IMG/VR virus record: IMGVR_UViG_3300032243_000867
Location: 128,001 to 192,000 of that record
DNA length: 64,000 nucleotides
Strand: one strand, 5' to 3'
From: a virus
Taxonomy: Duplodnaviria > Caudoviricetes
Shown in pieces: positions 34,531-44,300 of the stretch; the first letter of the stretch is position 1; each line of letters opens with the position of its first letter. Below the pieces are notes generated by a model. It ran no database searches and was not told where the DNA came from. It saw only the letters and a program-made list of their open reading frames with translations. The position numbers and the translations under genes are program-made.

Positions 34531-35090
34531 CGTGGAGTAACCCACGGGGCGCACTCCTCGTGGGCAAACCCGAGGTTCCCTCCGCACCAGACTCCCAAAC
34601 GCCGGGAACCCTCGTACGGGTGAATGGAAGATTCGCAGAAGGGGCACGTAGTGAGGGTCTTTTTGACCTCGATGGTCTCTGGCCTCTTTTTCCAGATCCC
34701 GTCCCCACCCCTCATCAGATAATTGCGAATCGGGGCGTGAATGTACGGGGGGTCGAACAGCGGGCAGTTGGGGAACCCTTCAGCGAGCGAGAGCCCGATA
34801 CGCGGGTCGTGCTCGAAGAGCTTGAACGACATCTTCCGGGCGATGCCGTGGTAGGTCGCCCACACCGTTCGCTCTAGGTCTTCCTGCGCGATGCGCTTCA
34901 GGTTCAACACCTCCTTCGCCACCACCGGGGCGCTATCCGGCACCGTCACCGTCAACCCAACCATCACCTCGTCCTTGAAGGGCACGGGCTCGTGGTGGAC
35001 GGTCACGGCGATGTGCGGGTAATCCTCCGCGCGAACGTCCCCGAACACGATGTCCCGGATGAACTCCGGGTCGAAGTCATACTTGGGCAT
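34524..35090 (-). CDS. Hypothetical protein with C-terminal Cys/His cluster
   Basis: 188-aa ORF coupled to the HNH gene; CPFC...WCGG...HEEC. Confidence 0.55.
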   Translation of the reverse strand: MPKYDFDPEFIRDIVFGDVRAEDYPHIAVTVHHEPVPFKDEVMVGLTVTVPDSAPVVAKEVLNLKRIAQEDLERTVWATYHGIARKMSFKLFEHDPRIGLSLAEGFPNCPLFDPPYIHAPIRNYLMRGGDGIWKKRPETIEVKKTLTTCPFCESSIHPYEGSRRLGVWCGGNLGFAHEECAPWVTPRH

Positions 35091-35520
35091 CGTCTAGCCA
35101 CGACAGGTCAAGGGTCCATGGGTGCTGCGACCGCTCGCGCCACACGCGAAACGCCTCCGTGACGTGCGCCGTGGTCTGCTCGGGAGACCATTCGTTCACC
35201 CGGTCTAGGTGAATCATCGCCCGATCACCGTTGCCCACGGACATAGCCCGACCGAGGTGTCTCACTTCGTGGCAGTAGGGGCATAGGGCTTCCAGCCCGA
35301 CGAGCTTCTGGACGTGGTTCACGTCATCGTACTCCCACCGCTCGTGGCACTCCACGGGGTGCTTTCGCCCCCGCCCGCCGCAGACCTCGCACTTGTGACC
35401 CGCCCGCGCGTAGGTAGCCTTACGGAGCCGGTCCCATTCCGAGGGGCGCAACTCGGAGCGGAGGTTCCAGCCCCAAGTCGATTGCGGGACGAGTTCGACG
35501 ATCAATTTCGCGGGCGGCAT
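35077..35520 (-). CDS. HNH endonuclease-like protein
   Basis: CEVCG...ECHERWEYDD...QKLVGLEALCPYCHEVRH. Confidence 0.8.
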   Translation of the reverse strand: MPPAKLIVELVPQSTWGWNLRSELRPSEWDRLRKATYARAGHKCEVCGGRGRKHPVECHERWEYDDVNHVQKLVGLEALCPYCHEVRHLGRAMSVGNGDRAMIHLDRVNEWSPEQTTAHVTEAFRVWRERSQHPWTLDLSWLDDAQV

Positions 35521-35529
35521 CGGTGAACC

Positions 35530-35556
35530 TTACGCCCGCGACCCTATCCCTTCTAT
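35530..35556. promoter_or_regulatory. Divergent control region: CGGGCGTAA on minus (35530-38), CTAT twice on plus (35544, 35553)
   Basis: 52-nt gap between the HNH gene (-) and the 1468-aa structural gene (+). Confidence 0.55.
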
Positions 35557-35572
35557 CCCCCACGGTGTAGCG

Positions 35573-38500
35573 ATGCCCACGGACCTGAACATTCTCAAGA
35601 AGGCTTTCCAGAACGCCACCGCCACCTACGAGTCGGTGTCGCCGGGGAACGAGCCCCTCACCCGTCGGGAGTCCGTACAGGCCGAACAGGTACTGGGTGC
35701 CCCCGCGCTCCCGAACGACGTGGGCGGGTGGGTGGCCTCGGGCGGGTTCCCGTACCAGTCCACGGAGTACCTCGCGGGTTCCACCGCCTATCCGATTCAG
35801 ACGGGAGCAATGCCCCCGGCCCGGGGGTACAGCGAGACGAACCCCGGTGCGGCGGGCTACCCGGACGTGGACTTTGTCCCGTACAACTGGGGAACCAACC
35901 GCTTCGGCAACAAGGGCGGCGCGCTCCTCGGGCACCCGATTTCTTGGGAGGTGGTCGGCCCCACGGCGAAGTCCCCGTACCTCCACTGGCAGTGGGCGGT
36001 GGACGGGACGCTCAACACTATCTCTCTTGAGCCCGGTGTGCTCACCAACACCTTCACGGGCGGCGCTCTCGTCCCCACGGTGGAGCAGGGCTACGGGCTG
36101 TCCGTTGGTGGCATCGGTGACTACAACGGGGGTCTCTACGTCCTCGTGACCCTCACGGGCGGCGAGGCAGACTCCACGGGGGCGGGCGCGCTCCTTGTCC
36201 CCGCCAGCCCTCTCACCCCGACCAACCTCGGCACTTCCTCGTTTGAGGTGTTCCGTGTCAAGAGCTACGCGGGGCAGGACATCGTTCTGGAGTCCAGCAA
36301 GCTCCTCTCGGGCTACTTCACGGTGCCGGTACTGAATCCCAAGATCAAATCGATCACCCTCATCCGCCCCAAGGTTACGCGCCTCGCGGCGTTCCCCCTG
36401 TCCGTCAGCGGGGCACAGCGCAACCAAGTGTATGTGTTTCTCCCGCCCGAGACGGCGGCGCGCTCGGAACTTCTCCCCCCGTATGTGGGCGCGGGCTCCT
36501 GTCCCGATTGGTCGGTGAACGGCATCGGCACCATCGTGAGTGACGGGAACTACGGGGAAGACACACCTCTCCCCGTGCCGCTGCCCCTGTACCGACTCGA
36601 CGGGTACATCGACGCCTCGTTGAACGTCCTCAACCAGATGCAGGTGAACGTCACCCTTGGTGCGGGTCAGTCCATCACCCAAGGGCAGATCGTTCGCGTC
36701 ACCTCTCACGCGATCGATACGATCACATCCGTCCAAGAGCCCAGCGTCTTCGGCTACTTCGAGTCCCTCACCGCCCTCATCGGTGTCTCTGGAACTCTCA
36801 ACCTCCGTCGCATACCAGAGGTGAATCCCGCCACGGGAGCCGTCTTCTACGGCCCCGGACCTTCGGGTGGGGCGAACGAGCTCGTGTCTGTCGAGGTGTA
36901 CGACCCGATCAGCACGGTCTTCACCGACCCGGTGCTGAACGTCGCGAAGGTGGCGGCGACAAGGCTCGACCACCTCATTGACCCCCGCAACGCCCCGTAC
37001 ACGTTTCAGCGGTTCTCTGGGACTGACTCGCCCGTGGGTACCACCACCCCGCCGGGGGCTTCGATCTTTGACACGGTGACGGGTTCACCCAACCCCGGCA
37101 ACCTCACGGAGCTCGGGTTCCGGGTGGTGCTGTTCCCGGCGAAGGACGAAGCGGGGGTTGCCGTCCCCGACTTCGACAACCCGATCACCAGCGAGCGGGT
37201 GGTGCTGGACCCCACGTTGCCCGCAACGACGGCGCAGACCATCGAGATCGACTACTCGGCGGGAGTTCTGTACCTGTCGCACCAGCCCGTGCCGGGACCG
37301 GGCTGCACGGTGGCCCCGAACGGCATCGTCGGCACGAGCGGGAACAACCCTCGGGGTGAGATCGTCCTGTTCGCCTCGTGCGTGCCGTACTCCCGTGAGG
37401 AGACGCAGCGCGGCGGCGGCCTCCGGGTGAAGGCCACGCGCCCGGTGAGTGACCTCAACCCTTTCGGGGAGCACGATGCCTTCGACGTGTATGGGAAGCG
37501 ATGCATCGCCATCCCGTCCTCGCCGGGTGTGTTCAATTCGGGCACCGACCTCGCCGTTATTTTTCCCACGTCGGAGCTCCCCCCGGAGACAGGTTGGTTC
37601 TACTTTGCAGAGGTGACGGCGGGGACCATCTCCTCGGTGTCCGCGCCGAACTACTATCCCTACTTCGACGGTTCTGCCCTCCTGAACACGGTGTCGGTAG
37701 CTACCGGATCGTACACCATCACGGCGGACACCAAGGTGGTGTTCATCAAGGGGCCGTGGAACCAAGTCCCGACGACGGACCTCTGGTACGCGGGCACCAC
37801 GCGAGGCGCTTCCAAGCGGGCCGACACCGTCAACTTCAAGGGAGCAAACGTCTCCCTCGGTGCGGACGGCTCGGTCACGGTGCAGACCGTTGCCACCCTC
37901 GACGAAGCCTACCGGGCCGGGGACCCCTTCACCCCCGGTGCGGGACGGGTCATCACCGTGGACGGGGCAGCGGTCGAGGCCCAGCCCGATGCTGCGGCCT
38001 ACAACGACACCTTCCGGTCCAGCTTCCGGGTGTCCGTGGCAGACGTTTTCGGGGCGAAGTCCCTCACGGGCTTCGACTTCAAGTCGGACGCCTCTACCGC
38101 TGCGTTGGCTGACCCCTACGCGGGGTTCAGCGACCGACGTGTGTTCGCCCCGACCTCTACGAGCACGACGCTCACCCCCAGCTTCACCGTGAATGTGGCG
38201 GGGGATGTAGTGACAGCGACGGGCGTGTTCTTCTGGCTCGCGGGGACTTACGCGAGCACCCTGCTGGTGTTCCGTCTCGACCTCATCGAAATCGAGGGCG
38301 TCACCTACGTCATTGAAACCTACGGTGGGTCGGGAACCCAAGTCGTCATCCGCAAACTCGACGGGACCATCCCTGTGCTCACTCTCACGGGCGTCACGGC
38401 CACGGTCTACCGCCCAAGGCTGATCACGAACCGTGGTGCGACGGGCACCCCCGCCGACAACTTCAACACTTGGATCACGGCACAGGAGCAGAGCGAGGCG

Positions 38501-39979
38501 GTCGCGGGTCAGCCCTACGGCGCACTGAACCTCTTCGCGGGTTCGTCTACCGCCCTCGCCCCCGGTGACGAGGGTGGGAGCACGGCGGCGCTGGCCTTCT
38601 GGTCCCGGTACAACTTCTTGGGCGTTGAGGTGAACGCCACACTCAACTGGCACGACACCTTCGGGCGCTTCAACTCCATCATGAACCCCACGTTCATGAC
38701 GGGCGGTGCCTACCCCGACTACCTGTACCGGGGGGACTTCGCGACGCGCGCGGTAAAGGACACGATCTTCCCGACCGCGCCCGCCTTCGGGCACATCGTC
38801 GAGGAGTATTCCGACGTAGAAGCTCGGTACGACTACCTGTCCCTCGTCCCTCTCATCCCCGGTGGTGCCACCTACAACGCCACGGCGACGAACGTCGCGA
38901 CGGGACAAGTCCGCGTGTCGCCATCGCTCTTGGCGAATCTAATCCCTTACGGCTCCGCGATCTTTGAGCTCACCAGCGTCAACGGCAATACCACCAAGCG
39001 GGGGCTGTTCCTCATCACTTCGGGCGACGGTGTAACCGTGTTTCCCGACGTGTATTTCTGGCTGCGTGACCTCAACGGCACCGTGGGCACGCTCGCCAAC
39101 CCCCCGTTGTCCGTGGTCAACGGGGACACCCTCACCTTCCGGCTGCACTTCTCGACCTCCATCGGGAAGCGCAAGAACACCCTGTACCTCGACACGGCAC
39201 TCGCGGCAGTGTCCCACACCCCTTCCCAGTCCCTCGGCGTGGGCCTTGAGACCAATGCGGTGGGGCTCGCCATCAGCGCCCCCATCCGTTACTTCGGAGC
39301 GATCAACGAAGATCGCCACGCCTACCGGGTGACGCAAGCCACCCTCGGGACCGGGCTGTCACCGTCGAACGTCGAGACGGCGGCGCTCGACGTGGAGGGC
39401 TACCACAAAGCTTACGACTACCTGTACCTGTCGTCGCGGACCATCACCAAGCAGATCAACAGCCAGCTAGGGCAGAGCTTCGGGTCCACGAACAACCCAG
39501 AGTGGCACTGGATCGACGGGAGCCATTACTGGCAGGGGGCGGGCAACGTCAAGAAGATCAAGTTCCCCCTAGACCTCCCTCGGTCCAGCACCCGTACAAA
39601 CAGCGCGGCGGCACTCACACACCGCACCCGTCTCACGTCCGTGATCGTGACGGGCACCTTCGGCGCGGGAGTGACCCCGGCCTACGCGGAGCTTCACAAG
39701 ATCACGGTGAACCCCGCCGCCGTGCCCACGTCTACGCCTATCTATCTCGGTCCTGCCGTGACTCCCATCGCAACGACGTACAACCTCGCCGCCCTCGGTG
39801 ACACCCAATACACCATTGGTGTGTGGGCCGACAACGCGGGCACGGTCCCCGTCTACGTCGATAACACTTCGACGGACTACTACTACCTCACGATCACATC
39901 GAGCAACAACACGGGCACAAACGACCGCATCTACGGTGTTTCTATGGTCTACACCGACCCCGGCCCCAAGAACTACTGA
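35573..39979 (+). CDS. Large virion structural protein (baseplate/tail fibre-like), 1468 aa
   Basis: T/G/V/P-rich beta-strand composition, IEIDYSAGVLYLS motif, location in the tail module. Confidence 0.6.
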   Translation: MPTDLNILKKAFQNATATYESVSPGNEPLTRRESVQAEQVLGAPALPNDVGGWVASGGFPYQSTEYLAGSTAYPIQTGAMPPARGYSETNPGAAGYPDVDFVPYNWGTNRFGNKGGALLGHPISWEVVGPTAKSPYLHWQWAVDGTLNTISLEPGVLTNTFTGGALVPTVEQGYGLSVGGIGDYNGGLYVLVTLTGGEADSTGAGALLVPASPLTPTNLGTSSFEVFRVKSYAGQDIVLESSKLLSGYFTVPVLNPKIKSITLIRPKVTRLAAFPLSVSGAQRNQVYVFLPPETAARSELLPPYVGAGSCPDWSVNGIGTIVSDGNYGEDTPLPVPLPLYRLDGYIDASLNVLNQMQVNVTLGAGQSITQGQIVRVTSHAIDTITSVQEPSVFGYFESLTALIGVSGTLNLRRIPEVNPATGAVFYGPGPSGGANELVSVEVYDPISTVFTDPVLNVAKVAATRLDHLIDPRNAPYTFQRFSGTDSPVGTTTPPGASIFDTVTGSPNPGNLTELGFRVVLFPAKDEAGVAVPDFDNPITSERVVLDPTLPATTAQTIEIDYSAGVLYLSHQPVPGPGCTVAPNGIVGTSGNNPRGEIVLFASCVPYSREETQRGGGLRVKATRPVSDLNPFGEHDAFDVYGKRCIAIPSSPGVFNSGTDLAVIFPTSELPPETGWFYFAEVTAGTISSVSAPNYYPYFDGSALLNTVSVATGSYTITADTKVVFIKGPWNQVPTTDLWYAGTTRGASKRADTVNFKGANVSLGADGSVTVQTVATLDEAYRAGDPFTPGAGRVITVDGAAVEAQPDAAAYNDTFRSSFRVSVADVFGAKSLTGFDFKSDASTAALADPYAGFSDRRVFAPTSTSTTLTPSFTVNVAGDVVTATGVFFWLAGTYASTLLVFRLDLIEIEGVTYVIETYGGSGTQVVIRKLDGTIPVLTLTGVTATVYRPRLITNRGATGTPADNFNTWITAQEQSEAVAGQPYGALNLFAGSSTALAPGDEGGSTAALAFWSRYNFLGVEVNATLNWHDTFGRFNSIMNPTFMTGGAYPDYLYRGDFATRAVKDTIFPTAPAFGHIVEEYSDVEARYDYLSLVPLIPGGATYNATATNVATGQVRVSPSLLANLIPYGSAIFELTSVNGNTTKRGLFLITSGDGVTVFPDVYFWLRDLNGTVGTLANPPLSVVNGDTLTFRLHFSTSIGKRKNTLYLDTALAAVSHTPSQSLGVGLETNAVGLAISAPIRYFGAINEDRHAYRVTQATLGTGLSPSNVETAALDVEGYHKAYDYLYLSSRTITKQINSQLGQSFGSTNNPEWHWIDGSHYWQGAGNVKKIKFPLDLPRSSTRTNSAAALTHRTRLTSVIVTGTFGAGVTPAYAELHKITVNPAAVPTSTPIYLGPAVTPIATTYNLAALGDTQYTIGVWADNAGTVPVYVDNTSTDYYYLTITSSNNTGTNDRIYGVSMVYTDPGPKNY

Positions 39980-39994
39980 CCAAAGGACCCATCA

Positions 39995-40501
39995 ATGAAC
40001 CCGCTGGACATCCTGTACGCTTGGCAGTCGGCCCTTCTCGCCGTGGTGATCGTCGGCCTCACCCAAGCGGTGAAAGCGGGCATCGAGGCGTACCTCGTTC
40101 TCAAGAACGCGGGCACCCCCAAGACCGGGAAGGAACTTCGGGGCGAGGTCGCCGTGATCGACCGGGCGGTGCTCCCCCTCGTGCCGCTCCTCTCGGGCGC
40201 GATCATGGGCGCGTTCGTCCCGATGCGCCCGGAGGTGCTCGTGCAGTACGTCAACGAGCACGGTGGTGGTTCCCGCCTCGCCTACGCCATGTGGGGCGCG
40301 GCCATCGGGCAGTTCTCGGACTACCTGTATCAGCGGTTCAAGCGGATGCTCCCGGCGCAGCCCACCGCGCCCCCGGTAGCAACGGGCACCTACTCCGTGA
40401 CACCCCCCGCGGAAGAAGCGGCACCCGCGCCCGCCCGCGACGACAGCGAGGGCCGGGAAACCATCCCGCCCGCGTCGATTGACGCCCCCCGGCAAGACTG
40501 A
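39995..40501 (+). CDS. Putative holin-like membrane protein
   Basis: Two to three hydrophobic segments (ALLAVVIVGL, VLPLVPLLSGAIMGAFV, AMWGAAIG) and a charged, low-complexity C-terminus. Confidence 0.45.
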   Translation: MNPLDILYAWQSALLAVVIVGLTQAVKAGIEAYLVLKNAGTPKTGKELRGEVAVIDRAVLPLVPLLSGAIMGAFVPMRPEVLVQYVNEHGGGSRLAYAMWGAAIGQFSDYLYQRFKRMLPAQPTAPPVATGTYSVTPPAEEAAPAPARDDSEGRETIPPASIDAPRQD

Positions 40502-40524
40502 ACCCCCCGTAGAGTAGGACGCCC

Positions 40525-41316
40525 ATGAGAATCTACGCGGACGTGAACCGTCTCCCGGACCTCCCGGTCAACGAGACGAGCTCGGTCATCATTCAGGTCG
40601 CGCCGTCACCCGCCGCGGGCGTCTCCACCCCGATCAACGGCAAATTCGTGGTAGACATCCCCGACGGGGTGTACCCGCCGCGCATCACGGAAGCCTCGCG
40701 GCTGATCAACACCGCCGCCCCTAACTACATCACCGGAGAGATCTTCGAGAACCTTCGGCGTGCGTTCGCGGGCTACCGCCATGTCGTATCGAACCCGCTG
40801 CTCACGTCGGCGGACGTGGGCCTTCTCGACCCCACGGCGACGTTTCCCTTCGACCCCGGACCCCCGGCGCAATCGTGGCCGTCCCGGTGCCAGCTAGGTA
40901 GGGCAGCGGCCCCGGCGGGCGTCGCCCCGAACTCGGTGGCGGTGCTGGCGGAGAACCCGTACACCACGCCCCCTAGGCCGGGGGTGCTCATCACGGACAC
41001 GATTGACATTGGCCCTGTGACGGGCGGTGTGGGCGCCAACAACTTCATCGTGTACTGGAAGGTGTACACGATGACGGTGACCGACGACGTGATGGACTAC
41101 GGGGCGGGCACGAACACCCCGGCGATCAAGAACCTCGTCGAAGCCCCGCAAGACATCGTAGAAGTTTTCCTGTCGGTCAATGACGGCGCGGGCTACACGC
41201 CCGTATCCCGTCTATCCCCCTGCGTAACGTGTGACCCCGGTACGCTACTTCGGTTGGCGTTCGTGAATCACAACCCGTACAAGGTCTACCTCACCGCCTA
41301 CGCGGTGTTGTTCTGA
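40525..41316 (+). CDS. Putative virion structural protein
   Basis: 263-aa P/T/V-rich ORF between large tail proteins. Confidence 0.5.
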   Translation: MRIYADVNRLPDLPVNETSSVIIQVAPSPAAGVSTPINGKFVVDIPDGVYPPRITEASRLINTAAPNYITGEIFENLRRAFAGYRHVVSNPLLTSADVGLLDPTATFPFDPGPPAQSWPSRCQLGRAAAPAGVAPNSVAVLAENPYTTPPRPGVLITDTIDIGPVTGGVGANNFIVYWKVYTMTVTDDVMDYGAGTNTPAIKNLVEAPQDIVEVFLSVNDGAGYTPVSRLSPCVTCDPGTLLRLAFVNHNPYKVYLTAYAVLF

Positions 41317-41326
41317 AAGGTGCCCC

Positions 41327-44300
41327 ATGTCTGAGAGCTTCGGCCCCGGCGTTTCTCGCGTTCTGACCGCACTCGCGCAGCAGTTCACGACCGTCGTTTG
41401 GCAAGCAGACAAGCCTCCGCTGGACAGCGAGCTCAACCTCATGTCGCAGGTGGACTGGGAGAATCTCTCTCAGTTGGTGCGGGCGCAGGTTCACTCGGGG
41501 TTCTTTCTCGACCCCACGCGGTGCGAGGAAGACTACATCGCCAACCCGCTGAACAGCAACCAGTTCATCCTCTCCCCGCCCGCCCTCCCGGATGGGGACT
41601 ACGAGAACGCCCCCGCCCTGTACGCAACGGTGAACGGCTGGGTCATCCCGATCACGGGCGCGTATATGCCTGAGAGCGGCGGTCCCGACGGGGTATCGAA
41701 CAGGATTCTTCTGAACCCGCCGCCCAGCACGGACGGACGTACGGACTTCGTGTTCCTCGAAGTGTGGCGTGCGTTGGTGTCCCCGAACCCGTCCACTACC
41801 AACAAACCCACCGCCAGCACCGTCTTCAAATACGGGAACACCCAGTACGGCGGGACGAATCTCGCGGATCAGATCGAAGACCCCGCCGTGGGCTTCGAGA
41901 CCACCAAGCGGGTCCAGATTCAGTACCGCTTCCGGGTGGTGGGTAGCGGCGGCGGGCTCGGCACCTCGGTGGACCTCAAAACCTTCCCCGATGGGATGAC
42001 CGATCCGGTGGTGCTCGCGCAGGGCACGGCTGCTTCACCCGTTGCGGGATTCACCTTCACGAACATGAGGGATGAGCTAGGCGATCCTTCTCTCTGGCGC
42101 TCGGGCAACGGAGTTCCCTCGAACGCCTTGGGGACCGTAGACGGGTATGTGTATGCCGTGCCGGTGTGTGCGGTGTTCCGGCGCAACTCCACGGAGTTCA
42201 CGGCGGTCGCCACGGGCGGCACGCCGAACCAGAACGGTGGGGTGACCCGCACACCCAGTTCGACCAGCTACCTGAACTCGCGGCTGCTGTTTCAGGCTAC
42301 GCTGAAGAACGACCTGTTGGAAACGACCGTCAGTTGGGTCGAGGTGGCGAACTACGTCGCTTCGGCGCTGAACGACCCCAACCTGTTCCCCGTGGGGACC
42401 ACCCGTAGGTACCTGACCATCGGGGAGGGCATCGACCGCGAAGTCATCGCCATCGACCAGAACCTCGACACCGTTACCTACCCCTCGCACATCCTCATCG
42501 ACCTACTGGGGCGTGGTCGCGCGGGAACCCAGGCCCGGTTCCACCCAGCGGGCACGAAGGTGTCTCTGTATAGCGCCCGCCCCGATGGCCTGTACGCCGA
42601 TCAGATCGCCGTGACGGACATTCTGGATATGCGGCGCTCGGTGAACTTCGGGGACTGGGATTACACCCGATTGCTCCAAAAGGGCGTCGCGGCGCTCATC
42701 CAGAACAACCTCCGTACCACCTTCAAGACCTCGGGCACGGGGGGCGATAGCGCGGGACCCGTCACCACGGAAGTCTCGATCTTCTCGAACACCCTTCCGA
42801 CGCCGAACCACACCAGTCCGGTGGACGCCCCGAACGGCATCCGTACGGTGTGGAGCGATAGCGCGGCGCTCCAGACGGATGTCACGATGATCCTCAACGA
42901 CCAAGCGTCGTTGGACGGGACTCACTACACGGCGACGACCTTCGACAACCTCAGCGCGGGCGTCGCATGGACTCCGGGTGCAGACTTCAAGCCCAACGGG
43001 TTCATGAATTTCGGGGCTACCGGGGACCAGGGCTGGGCGAACGGCTCGGTGATCTTCGTGGACATCGGCGGCGTGGACGGAGTTTCCGGCGCGTTCTACG
43101 GCTCCCTCAACGGTCAGAAGAACGCCCGTTTCGTCGCCCCGTACGAGGTGTGGAAGCCGGGTGAGGTGGACCTGTATTCCCACCAGCCGTGGCAGCTTCG
43201 ATTCCTCGGCGGGGCGAACGGCAACCTTCCCGCTTTGGGCACGTCCGCGAACCAGAACGCCTACCGGGTGGGGTACGTCACCGCCTCGGCGCTCTCTGCT
43301 CCTTCGGGCGCGGTGCTGAACCACCCCGGCCCCATGTTCCCGGTGGCTAGCACGAACTTCGAGCGACCTTTCATCGTCCTCGGCGGTCTGGTGCGTTCCG
43401 ACCTTCGGTTCACGGGGGTGCTAGCGAACAGCACAAACCTCGTGAACGCTGCGGGTCCTCAGTACGAGATCAACATCTCCTCGATCAACTGGAACACGTA
43501 CACGCCCCTCCTCGGTAGGGGTCAGAAGACCCTTCGGGACTACCTCACCAACGACGGGGCTGATTACACGGGTCGGTCTTCTAAGCTGTACCTTGTGGTC
43601 TACGGGGACCCGGACGACCGCGACAACAACGGCGCGTTTCAGGTCATCGGCGCGGGCACCACTGCGGCGACAGACGGGCAGTACACGCAGAACGTATCCT
43701 CCGACATTCACCACTTGGTGGTTCGACCCCTATCGGCGGACTTCAGCGCCTTCGTGAGCAGCCTCACCCAGAAGGTCACCATCGAGTTCCGCTCGCAGGA
43801 GATCAACCTCGAAGACGACGCGGGATCTTCCAACCAGCCCCACGGCGTCGCCGTTGTGCTCACCGACCTCAAGGCAGCGGGGCTCCCCTGGGGCACCGTG
43901 GACGTGGGGTACCGGCTTTTGGAGACCGGCGGCAAGCTCGTCCCGGTCAAGAGCAAGGCCACGCTGACGACGGACCTGCTTTGGTCCCCGTCCCGCGGGG
44001 CGAGCGAGCGGGTGCCCGACCGCCTGGACCGCTTCGGGGTTCGCAACCCCATCGCTTCGTTCGCCCGTAGCCCCGTGTCGGTGCAAGATCCCGGGTTCGT
44101 CACCGACACGGGCTACCCCAGCGGTGACGTGGTGTACGAGGCGACCCAGGTACAACTCTGGAACCGCCTCCCCTCGGAAGGTCTATCGGGTCCGTTCGCT
44201 CCCGCCTTCGGCGGCGCGGTGGTGGGCCTCACGGAGCAGGACCGCGAGGCGGAACTGTTCGTAGACCTCGGCAGCAAGACGGCGGTGTTCCGCCCCCTCA

